From the NCBI GenBank assembly GCA_965662845.1, contig CBFIJD010000004.1, forward strand, positions 10,670 through 74,669: 64,000 nt of DNA, written 5' to 3'. The stretch is from an uncultured bacterium (GTDB lineage: Bacteria; SAR324; NAC60-12). Under the pieces are notes generated by a model, which made no database searches, was not told the origin of the DNA, and saw only the letters and a program-made list of their open reading frames with translations. Every line of letters begins with the position of its first letter. The stretch's first letter is position 1. The position numbers and the translations under genes were made by a program. Below, one piece after another: positions 55,588 through 64,000 of this stretch.

Positions 55588-57159
55588 ATGAATCCTAGAC
55601 GTTTTTTTCTTGGTCTCTGCTGCTTTCTGCTCCTCGCCGCGCTCCCCTGCTCGGTATTCGCTCAAAATACGCTGCGTTGGGTCGTCGCAGACCGGATTCA
55701 AACGCTTGATCCACACGCTTTCGCCAACGAAAGTGAGCGCGCGGTTTTGAGCCAGCTCTATGAAACCCTTTTTACGCTTGACGCTGAGCACCAGCCCCAG
55801 CCAGAGCTCGTCGCAGCTTGGGAGCAGCTTTCTCCCAATCGCTGGGAGTTCGTCTTGCACCCAACCGTTCGCTTTCACAACGATCAGAAGTTACAGGCCA
55901 GCGACGTCGTGTTCAGCCTCAAACGCGCGATGCAAGAAGGTTCCACACAACAAGCGCACACTTACTCGCTGCGGGGCATTGAAGCGATCGACGAACTCCG
56001 GATTCGCGTCACGACCTCTCGCCCCAATCCCTTGCTTTTGCGACAACTCACGCACATTTTTATGGTCTCTGAGCCTTGGATGCGCTCCCAAAGAAGAGCC
56101 GACCTCTCTGCTGGAGCCAGCGGATCCGAAGCGTCGGCGCTGTTGCAAACCAACGGCACCGGCCCCTTTCGCTTGCTTAGTTTAGAACGAGACACCCTCG
56201 AACTTGGCCCCTCGGCAAACTGGTGGCAACCTGTGGAACACCAAGTCGGATCCGTTCAGATCCGCGTAGAGCCCGACGCGCTTCAACAAGTCGAGCTGCT
56301 AGAGGATGACGTCGTCGATTTGCTCACCAATGCCGCCCCTGAACATGTGCCTCGGTTGCAGGCCGACCCCAGCTTGCGGCTAGCCCAACAACCACAAGCG
56401 CGGACGTTGTTCTTGGGATTCAATGTCTTAAAGCGACGCTCCCCAGACGAAACGGCAGCCAACCCCCTCTCCAGCGCTCAGGTGCGACGAGCCCTCGCTC
56501 ACGCGATTGACCGCGCCCAGCTCCAGAGAGAACACTGGCCAGCACAAGGGAACCTCGCGCAAAGCTTTCTGCCCGATGTAGTCCAGAACGCTCCGCCTCC
56601 GACCATCGAGCTGCCCGCTTTTGACCCTGACTTGGCCCGCAAACTGCTGCGTGAGATCGGATACGAGGAAGGCTTTCCTCTCAATCTCGATTGCCCCAAC
56701 GATCGCTACTTCAAAACCGAAGAGATTTGTCGCAGCATCATGGAAATGCTCATTCGGGTCGGCATCGACGTCTCCCTCAATTTGCGACCGTCCGCTCGTC
56801 ACTTTGATTATCTGCAGCAAGGCCAATCTGACTTCTTTTTGCTCGGCTGGGGCGTCCCCACTGGCGACGCGCACCACCCGCTGTTCTACTTGTTTCGCTC
56901 CGGCGGAACGTGGAACTTCACGGGGTACGCGCGGGGCCTTGTCGACTCTTTGCTGGAAGCGGCAAACACCGAGACACGTCTCCCGCTTCGCCACGAAATG
57001 ATCGCCTTGGCTTGGAAAGTGACCGCAAGCGATTTGCTTTATCTGCCGCTGCTGCACCCTCTACACACTTGGGTAACGCGCAACAACTGGGAGATTCCAG
57101 TCGGCAACGACGGGGTTCCTCACTTGCGCCAGGCTCGTATTCTTCCCGAAGACTCCTAA
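55588..57159 (+). CDS. ABC substrate-binding protein family 5 (DppA/OppA-like)
   Basis: TLDPH, YETL, PELV..W, NGTGPF, VRRALAHAIDR and CPNDRY. Confidence 0.9.
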   Translation: MNPRRFFLGLCCFLLLAALPCSVFAQNTLRWVVADRIQTLDPHAFANESERAVLSQLYETLFTLDAEHQPQPELVAAWEQLSPNRWEFVLHPTVRFHNDQKLQASDVVFSLKRAMQEGSTQQAHTYSLRGIEAIDELRIRVTTSRPNPLLLRQLTHIFMVSEPWMRSQRRADLSAGASGSEASALLQTNGTGPFRLLSLERDTLELGPSANWWQPVEHQVGSVQIRVEPDALQQVELLEDDVVDLLTNAAPEHVPRLQADPSLRLAQQPQARTLFLGFNVLKRRSPDETAANPLSSAQVRRALAHAIDRAQLQREHWPAQGNLAQSFLPDVVQNAPPPTIELPAFDPDLARKLLREIGYEEGFPLNLDCPNDRYFKTEEICRSIMEMLIRVGIDVSLNLRPSARHFDYLQQGQSDFFLLGWGVPTGDAHHPLFYLFRSGGTWNFTGYARGLVDSLLEAANTETRLPLRHEMIALAWKVTASDLLYLPLLHPLHTWVTRNNWEIPVGNDGVPHLRQARILPEDS

Positions 57160-57171
57160 CTCAAGCACACC

Positions 57172-58980
57172 ATGGAACCGCAAGCCCCCGCCCAATACGA
57201 CGAAAGTAAGATCATTACGCTCTCCTCCCTAGAGCACATTCGCAAACGCCCTGGAATGTATATTGGACGACTAGGGAATGGTTCTCAGGCTGGCGACGGA
57301 ATTTACATTTTGCTCAAAGAGATCATCGACAACGCCGTCGATGAGTTCATCATGGGCCACGGCAAACGCATCGACATCACTCTGAGCGACCGCGAGCTTA
57401 CCGTACGAGACTATGGACGCGGGATTCCGCTCGGGAAGCTCGTCGAGTGTGTCTCTAGCATCAACACAGGCGCCAAGTACAACAACGACGTGTTCCAGTT
57501 CAGCGTTGGTCTGAACGGAGTCGGGACCAAAGCGGTGAATGCGCTTTCGTCTGAATTTGAGATTCGCGCCTATCGGGAGGGCAAATCGGCCGTCGCGTTC
57601 TTCAAAGAGGGCGTGCTGCAAACAGAGCAACAGGAGCTGAGCGCCTCAGAAAAGAATGGCACCTTTGTGCGCTTTCGCCCGGACGAGACGCTCTTCCCAC
57701 GCTTTCAGTACGACCTGCGCATCATTGAAAAGCAGCTCTGGAACTATGCTTATCTCAATCGGGGCCTCGCGCTTTATTTCAACGGCACCAAGTTTAAGTC
57801 CGAACGAGGCTTGGCTGACTTGCTGGAGAAAGAAGTGGGCGAGCAGGCGCTCTATGACGTCGTGCACATCCGGCAAGATCTCCTCGAGTTTGCGATCACG
57901 CACACCGACCGTTACGGCGAGACCAATTTCAGTTTTGTGAATGGCCATTTCACCAGCGATGGCGGCTCGCATTTGAGCGCGTTCCGAGAAGGAATCCTCA
58001 AAGGGATCAACGAGTTTTACAAAGGCAGTTATCAAGGCCCCGACGTGCGCGAAGGCGCCGTTTGTGCCGTCGCCGTGAAAGTCCAAGAGCCTATTTTTGA
58101 GTCGCAAACTAAAAATAAGTTGGGCAACACGGACTTGCGCTGGATTGTTCCAGCAGTGCGCGACAGCTTTGTGGACGCGCTCTTCAAACACCCTGACGCA
58201 GCCGAAGCGCTCAAGCGCAAAGTTCAGATGAACGAGAAAGTGCGCAAAGAGCTCTCCAACGTCAAAAAAGCCGTCCGAGAAAACGCCAAGAAAACCTCCT
58301 TGGCGATTCCCAACCTCAAAGACTGCAAGTTTCACCGAGGGGACGCCAAGGGCCGTGGCAACGAAAGTTTGATTTTTCTCACAGAAGGGCAGTCCGCCGG
58401 CGGAAGCATGATCAGCTCTCGCGATGTGTTGACTCAGGCGATTTTTTGCTTGAAGGGCAAGCCGCTGAACTGCTTCGGTCAGGGGAGAGAAGCGCTCTAC
58501 AAAAATGTTGAGCTGTACAACATTATGAAAACGCTGGGGATCGAAGACTCGGTCGACGATTTGCGCTATGAAAAAGTGGTCCTCGCCACCGATGCCGACG
58601 TCGATGGTCTCCACATCCGCAACCTACTCATCACATTTTTTCTGCAATATTTTGAAGACTTGGTGCTCCGTGGACATCTCTTCATTTTAGAGACCCCCCT
58701 CTTTCGCGTCCGCAACCAAAAAGAAGTCCGCTATTGCTACAACGACCACGAAAAAGAGGCCGCTGCTCAAGAATTACGCAAAGGCAAACATCTTGAGATC
58801 ACGCGGTTTAAGGGCTTAGGCGAAATTTCTCCCAAAGAGTTTGGTCAATTCATTGGCCCCGACATTCGTCTCCTGTCCGTGCGTGTGGAACACATTCATG
58901 AAGTGGAAGGTCTGCTCAGCTTCTATATGGGCAGCAACACCAGCGAACGCAAACAGTACATTATGGAGCATTTGATTTGA
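57172..58980 (+). CDS. parE: DNA topoisomerase IV subunit B
   Basis: EHIRKRPGMYIG, EIIDNAVDE, DYGRGIP, TEGQSA, TDADVDG and RFKGLGE. Short 602-aa ParE type. Confidence 0.88.
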   Translation: MEPQAPAQYDESKIITLSSLEHIRKRPGMYIGRLGNGSQAGDGIYILLKEIIDNAVDEFIMGHGKRIDITLSDRELTVRDYGRGIPLGKLVECVSSINTGAKYNNDVFQFSVGLNGVGTKAVNALSSEFEIRAYREGKSAVAFFKEGVLQTEQQELSASEKNGTFVRFRPDETLFPRFQYDLRIIEKQLWNYAYLNRGLALYFNGTKFKSERGLADLLEKEVGEQALYDVVHIRQDLLEFAITHTDRYGETNFSFVNGHFTSDGGSHLSAFREGILKGINEFYKGSYQGPDVREGAVCAVAVKVQEPIFESQTKNKLGNTDLRWIVPAVRDSFVDALFKHPDAAEALKRKVQMNEKVRKELSNVKKAVRENAKKTSLAIPNLKDCKFHRGDAKGRGNESLIFLTEGQSAGGSMISSRDVLTQAIFCLKGKPLNCFGQGREALYKNVELYNIMKTLGIEDSVDDLRYEKVVLATDADVDGLHIRNLLITFFLQYFEDLVLRGHLFILETPLFRVRNQKEVRYCYNDHEKEAAAQELRKGKHLEITRFKGLGEISPKEFGQFIGPDIRLLSVRVEHIHEVEGLLSFYMGSNTSERKQYIMEHLI

Positions 58981-59597
58981 GCGCCATCACCGCGTTATGG
59001 CAACAGACTGGCGTCATCCTGGTTCCACTGCTCTTCTGCTCGCTTTTGTCGCTTGGCGTCATTGTGGAGCGCCTGTTCAGCCTGCGCCGTCGCGCTCTCT
59101 TCCCTGATGCCAGCACACACAGCCTCTTCAAGACCTTCCGTGAAACGCCGCCTCACCTCCCGATTGCCGGCGAGTTCCTGCATTTTCCACTGGGACGCAT
59201 CGTGCATTATGCAGGCGAACGCACCCTGCTTGCGGCGTTTTTGCAGCGTCTTCAAAGCCAGGCTCGCCGCGAGCAGCATCACCTTCAGCGTGGGCTGGTG
59301 TTGCTTGAGGTGGTCGCAGGGGTCGCGCCGCTGTTGGGGCTACTGGGAACGGCGCTCGGAATGGTGGAGGTCTTTCAAACGCTCAACTTAGAAGGAGCCC
59401 AACGCAGCGCCGTGCTCAGTCAAGGGATCTCTCAGGCGCTCTTCACAACTGTGCTTGGGCTTGTTGTGGCGATTCCGTCGTTCGTGGCGTTTCATCTCTT
59501 TCAGCGCCACATCGAGGGGTGCTCCCTGCAACTGGACACGGACTTGCAGCGCATCGCAGAAATTGTCGAGAGCCAAGCCGCCACCGGCTCCTCCTAG
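58977..59597 (+). CDS. MotA/TolQ/ExbB proton channel family protein
   Basis: APLLGLLGTALGM and GISQALFTTVLGLVVAIP. Confidence 0.88.
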   Translation: MSAITALWQQTGVILVPLLFCSLLSLGVIVERLFSLRRRALFPDASTHSLFKTFRETPPHLPIAGEFLHFPLGRIVHYAGERTLLAAFLQRLQSQARREQHHLQRGLVLLEVVAGVAPLLGLLGTALGMVEVFQTLNLEGAQRSAVLSQGISQALFTTVLGLVVAIPSFVAFHLFQRHIEGCSLQLDTDLQRIAEIVESQAATGSS

Positions 59598-59689
59598 CTC
59601 ATGCGACAATCGCCATTTGACCCCATCGGGGTGCCTCTGCTATATCCATCGGCTTTTTGCCAGACCCTATCATTGTTGGAGTGAAGACT

Positions 59690-61909
59690 ATGAAAGAAGC
59701 TTTGCACGCCTTGCTCACGCAACATGCGCAAAAGAATCTCAAAGAAGAGATTCTGACTTTTGATGCGTATTTGCAGCTCATTCAGCAGGAACCGTGGGTG
59801 ACGCGGGACACCTTCCAGCTTTTGCACGATATGATGCTCTCCTCAGGAGTGGAGCACTCCATCACTCCGGGCAAGCCGATGAAGCACCACTATCAGTTTT
59901 TTGAAGATGGCCAGCGTGTGGGGCCTTTCATTGTCTTTGGACAGCAAAAGGCAAAAGAAAATTTGATTGAGAAGATCAACAACGCGAGCCGTGGACTCGA
60001 AGCGTCGAAGCGGCTTTGGATCTTGCTCGGTCCCCCAGGAGCCGCCAAGTCTCGCTCCATGGAAGGCATCAAGCAGGCGCTGAAGCAATACTCCATGTCA
60101 GAAGACGGGAAGACGCACACGCTGCTGCTGCCAACCGTAGATGAGCGCCTGCGAGATCAAGCCTTGTTTGAAGAGGACGGTGTGTATTATTTGCAGTCTC
60201 CGCTGTTTGAGAAGCCGCTTCAAGTCCTACCTGAAGACACGCGCAAAGCCTTCACACAGGAGCTGACCAACTCCTTCGACCGCGAGGCCATGAAGGCGTG
60301 GCTCGACCAACATCCGCACTATGACAACGAGTTTTCCATCTCGATCTCTGGACGGCTCTCTCCCTATAGCGAACACGTGCTCCGAGACTTCATGGAGGCC
60401 AAAGGTCTCAACCTCGCAGAGTTGCTGCCTTATCTGCGCGTCAAGCGGATGGTCTACGACGCTCAAACCAAGACCGGCATTGGCGCCTACACTCCCCGCG
60501 ACGAGAAGAGTCAAGAAGCTGGGTCTTTGGTCGGCAACATTGACTACAGCCTGCTCCCTCGCTTTGGCAGTGAATCTCACCCCTTGGTGCATGACTACAA
60601 AGGAGAGCTTTGCGCTGGCGCCAATGGCCTGGTTGAAATTCATGAAATTTTGAAGCTCTCCGACAAATTCTTGTACGAGCTTCTCTTTGCGACTCAAGAC
60701 CGCTTCTTCAAGCCGGAAGGCCAACCACCGATCCCTTTCAATGGCGTGGTCATTGGCCACACCAACTTTCACGAATTCAACATGTTCATGGAGAACGCGT
60801 CCTTTGAGGCCTTGCGCTCCCGAACCACGTTTATCGAGATGCCGCTCTCTGTAGACTTCAAGCAGGAGCAGCTGATTTATGAGTTCACTTACTCCAACGA
60901 ACGCCGCAGCTGGAAAAAAGAGAAGCAGCACCTCGCGCACGTCGCCCCACATAGCATCACCTTGCTGAGCCTGATGGCCGTGATGTCTCGCCTCTACGAA
61001 TCCAAGCAGAACCCCAACTTAACCCTGCTGCAAAAAGCGCTGATCTACGCTGGCCGCGCCGACAGCGGCGTCGACAACAACATGGCGCGGATGATCATTG
61101 ACGAGTTTGAGTTCATCAAGCCGTCCGAAGGGACGTTTGGGCTAGACCCCCGTTTTGTGCAGAACGTGTTTGAAAACACCGAACACTTCCAAATCAACGA
61201 GTTTGCCGCCAACCTGCAGCGCTTGCGCCAAGAGAGCGGTGACCAAGCCATGCTGACGTCCATCGCGCTGGAAAACCCCTGCGTCACCCCGTTGGATTTG
61301 TATGTGCGCACCGAGCACTCCATCAAAGAGGTCTATGCCCAGCAGAAAACCAAGCTGAACCACTACGTCGAGAAGATCTTGCCCCAAGCCAAAAACTGGA
61401 TCCTTGGGCAAGTCGCTAGCGACGTCTACAGCGCGATTTTGCGAGACGACTCCGTCTTAGAGACAACTTGGAAAAAGTATGCAGACCATGTGCGCGCTTA
61501 CGCCCTCAACACCAAGGTCAAACACGAGGTGACCCAAACCGACGTGCAGCCCGACGAACGCTTCATGCAGACCATTGAACAATACCTTGGTGTCCCCGAC
61601 AAAGACGTGTTTCGCAAAGAGCTCAGCGATGCCATCGCGAGCGTCAGCTATCGCGTGATTCTCGCCGACGAACCCTCCTACCAAAACGCGATTAAAAAGT
61701 ATGTGTTTGAAAACGAGTTCAAATCGGGTGAGAACATGAAACTGCTCGGCTGGATCAAAAGCGGCACCAGCACCGCAGTCGTCAATGACAAAGAACAAGC
61801 GCGCCTCAATGAGACCATTCGCTATCTTGTGGAAGTCAAAGGCTACTGTGGAAAGTGCGCGTTCCAAGCGCTCACGATTACGGCAAACGCTTCTAGCATC
61901 GTCATCTAA
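59690..61909 (+). CDS. prkA: PrkA/YeaG family AAA+ serine protein kinase
   Basis: LLGPPGAAKS, DEKSQEAGSLVG, YKGELC..NGLVEIHEILK and IGHTN..E..EALRSR. Confidence 0.8.
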   Translation: MKEALHALLTQHAQKNLKEEILTFDAYLQLIQQEPWVTRDTFQLLHDMMLSSGVEHSITPGKPMKHHYQFFEDGQRVGPFIVFGQQKAKENLIEKINNASRGLEASKRLWILLGPPGAAKSRSMEGIKQALKQYSMSEDGKTHTLLLPTVDERLRDQALFEEDGVYYLQSPLFEKPLQVLPEDTRKAFTQELTNSFDREAMKAWLDQHPHYDNEFSISISGRLSPYSEHVLRDFMEAKGLNLAELLPYLRVKRMVYDAQTKTGIGAYTPRDEKSQEAGSLVGNIDYSLLPRFGSESHPLVHDYKGELCAGANGLVEIHEILKLSDKFLYELLFATQDRFFKPEGQPPIPFNGVVIGHTNFHEFNMFMENASFEALRSRTTFIEMPLSVDFKQEQLIYEFTYSNERRSWKKEKQHLAHVAPHSITLLSLMAVMSRLYESKQNPNLTLLQKALIYAGRADSGVDNNMARMIIDEFEFIKPSEGTFGLDPRFVQNVFENTEHFQINEFAANLQRLRQESGDQAMLTSIALENPCVTPLDLYVRTEHSIKEVYAQQKTKLNHYVEKILPQAKNWILGQVASDVYSAILRDDSVLETTWKKYADHVRAYALNTKVKHEVTQTDVQPDERFMQTIEQYLGVPDKDVFRKELSDAIASVSYRVILADEPSYQNAIKKYVFENEFKSGENMKLLGWIKSGTSTAVVNDKEQARLNETIRYLVEVKGYCGKCAFQALTITANASSIVI

Positions 61910-61983
61910 ACCACTTCATCAGGCGTGGAAAACCACGCCGTCCTCTCTCGTTTGTCTCTCCTTGCCTCTGCCAAAAAACGCAC

Positions 61984-63564
61984 ATGTATAAAGTTCTCAT
62001 TACGGGTGCTCTGCACTCTTCTGCCATCGAAAGCCTGCAACAAGAACCCGACCTCGAAATTGACTACTGCCCCGACCTACCCAAAGACGAGATTCTCAAC
62101 CGCATTCACCAATACGAGTGCATCGTCACACGCTCTGAGACCTCTATTCAGAAGGAGCTGATTGACCGGGCGACGAACCTCAAAGTCATTGCCCGCGCCG
62201 CAGTCGGCATCGCCAACATTGACGTCGATTACGCCACAGAGAAGGGCATCCTGGTCATTCACACCCCAGGGAAAAACACCAACTCCGCGGCAGAGCTCAC
62301 CTTGTCTCTGCTGCTAGCGGCGATTCGTAATGTGGTCCCTGCCCACCTCAACATGCAAAACGGAGGTTGGGATCGACACCGCTACACAGGCACCGAGCTG
62401 CTCCACAAAACCATTGGGATTATTGGGCTCGGGAATGTGGGACACCGGGTCGCTCAATTCTGCCGTGCGTTTGATATGCAGGTTTTAGCCTATGACCCCT
62501 ACATCTCTGATGAGGTTTTTGACCGTCACGGCGCTCAGAAAAGCTCTTTAGAGGAGATCTGTGAAAAGGCCGATATTGTCACTCTGCACACTCCCAAGAA
62601 TAAAGAGACCATCGGCATAATTGGAGCAGAGCAAATCGCGAGCATGAAAGAGGGAGTGGTGATCATCAATGCCGCCCGAGGGGGAATCATTGATGAGGCC
62701 GCCTTATTGGAAGGCTTGCGCAGCAACAAGGTGAAAGCCGCAGGAATTGACACATGGGAAACGGAACCTCCACCCGACAATCCCTTTGCCGGCATGCCAA
62801 ACGTAGTCATGACCCCACATATCGGGGCTTCCACCCTTGAGGCCCAAGTTCGGATCGGCGCCTCTGTGGCCTCTCAAGTGCCCCGTGCCTTGCGAGGAGA
62901 AGTCGTAGACTTTCCGGTCAACATGCCACGAGTTCAAATTCTGGAAGGCGACTTGGTCTCTAGCTACACAACGTTGGCCGAGAAGTTAGGGGTCTTCGCG
63001 TCACAATACCTGCTGTTCTCGCCAAGCCACCTTGAGCTGAAATATCGCGGCACGCTCGCCAAGCAGAACGTCGCGCTGTTGAGGCTATGTTTTTTGAAGG
63101 GATTGCTGGGGCGCAAGCACGAGTCCGTGAGTTTTGTGAACGCGGAGCAAATCGCCGAGAGCACGGGCTTGCGCATTGAGGAGGAGAAAGACTTACACTT
63201 CACAGATTACGAAAATGCGCTCAAATGCACACTCTCTTCGCGAGATCAGACCTTCACCATTGGGGGAGTCGTCTTTAGCGGCCCTCACCCGCGCCTGACG
63301 CTGGTCAACGGCTTTGTCTTAGAGATGGAGCCTACCGGAACCATTTTGGCGATCAAAAACAATGATCAGCCAGGAATGGTCGGGGCGCTGGGGGCGTGTT
63401 TAGGAGAGAACGGTGTGAACATCGACCAGTTTTCACTGGGTCGTGACAAGCGGGGAGGCGAGGCGATGGCCCTGATCCGAGTCGATAATGATCTCCCCGA
63501 CACCCTCATCGAGCAGCTACAGAACCTGTCGGGGATCAACTTCGCTCGTAAAATTGTTTTGTAA
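61984..63564 (+). CDS. serA: D-3-phosphoglycerate dehydrogenase
   Basis: GIIGLGNVG, INAARGG, TPHIGASTLEAQ and a C-terminal ACT domain (NDQPGMVG). Confidence 0.95.
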   Translation: MYKVLITGALHSSAIESLQQEPDLEIDYCPDLPKDEILNRIHQYECIVTRSETSIQKELIDRATNLKVIARAAVGIANIDVDYATEKGILVIHTPGKNTNSAAELTLSLLLAAIRNVVPAHLNMQNGGWDRHRYTGTELLHKTIGIIGLGNVGHRVAQFCRAFDMQVLAYDPYISDEVFDRHGAQKSSLEEICEKADIVTLHTPKNKETIGIIGAEQIASMKEGVVIINAARGGIIDEAALLEGLRSNKVKAAGIDTWETEPPPDNPFAGMPNVVMTPHIGASTLEAQVRIGASVASQVPRALRGEVVDFPVNMPRVQILEGDLVSSYTTLAEKLGVFASQYLLFSPSHLELKYRGTLAKQNVALLRLCFLKGLLGRKHESVSFVNAEQIAESTGLRIEEEKDLHFTDYENALKCTLSSRDQTFTIGGVVFSGPHPRLTLVNGFVLEMEPTGTILAIKNNDQPGMVGALGACLGENGVNIDQFSLGRDKRGGEAMALIRVDNDLPDTLIEQLQNLSGINFARKIVL

Positions 63565-63999
63565 TCAACCGGTAACTTGAGCGCACAGTGCTTCGACTTC
63601 TGGCTTGCGCTCAAGCAAATCCCACCAAGCTTCGGGAATCCCTGCCTCGGGCTTGCTCCCATAAATCGCTCCGGCCAGCGGCCCAAGCAACATCGCGCGG
63701 CCACAGGAATCGCCCCCAATCCAGATGTTTTGGCGGATTGCCTCTGTGAAGGAGTCTGTGTTTGCCAAAATGTGCAAGGCGACCGCAGTCCCACAACGCA
63801 AATCACAGTGCCGTCCCACTTTGCCTGCGAAGGCGTCACAATCGGCTTCTTCAGACTGCAAGGCCTCCTGCCACGTGTCCCGCACTTCTGCGTTGTCTAG
63901 CTGCGCAACCTGCGCGAAGGTCTCCGTTTTGGAGCCGGTTTCCATGGCAGCGCTCAGCAGCTTCGTGGCAGCGAGCCCATAACTTAAGGCCCGTTCGTG
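63565..63999 (-). CDS. ADP-ribosylglycohydrolase family protein (5' partial)
   Basis: Frame is open to the window edge. C-terminal GGDSCGRAMLLGPLAGAIYG..GIPEAW. Confidence 0.75.
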   Translation of the reverse strand, partial: HERALSYGLAATKLLSAAMETGSKTETFAQVAQLDNAEVRDTWQEALQSEEADCDAFAGKVGRHCDLRCGTAVALHILANTDSFTEAIRQNIWIGGDSCGRAMLLGPLAGAIYGSKPEAGIPEAWWDLLERKPEVEALCAQVTG

Positions 64000-64000
64000 C

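Noticed and set aside
1..64000. Numerous long antisense and alternative-frame ORFs in the track
   Set aside because: These are shadow ORFs expected in GC-rich DNA, overlapping well-supported genes.

Overview
A gene-dense, GC-rich (about 60% by eye) bacterial chromosome segment. The gene content suggests a marine deltaproteobacterial lineage such as SAR324, but that is inference. From left to right it carries: a BMP lipoprotein (partial), glgP, mlaE and a periplasmic DsrE protein; a cobalamin riboswitch followed by a stand-alone CbiM-like permease and a Cys-rich protein; a membrane LuxR regulator divergent from a flavocytochrome c sulfide dehydrogenase (fccAB) and cytochrome cluster with acidic/His tandem-repeat tails; a DUF2946-like RAPP leader ORF ahead of an ABC importer and a PCuAC copper chaperone; and a head-to-head pair of full-length paralogous coiled-coil proteins with degenerate receiver-like motifs. 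Next is a 13.9-kb, 14-gene catabolic cluster of unknown substrate (four SnoaL-like genes, amidohydrolase, sugar ABC transporter whose ATPase has an in-frame TAA at codon 5, cupin, MetE-like, RraA, HisD/HpsN-like, SDR). A 1.63-kb, mostly low-GC AAA-ATPase/truncated DUF4276 cassette sits between 218-bp direct repeats. The rest is housekeeping: recN, mrp, ubiE, a nadD-pncC fusion, cimA, lpxB, pal-tolQR, cheY, ribD reductase and ribBA, a divergent dnaA-like gene, parE, prkA and serA. I found no rRNA, tRNA, CRISPR array, integrase or transposase. All family calls come from motif recognition by eye; no searches were run.
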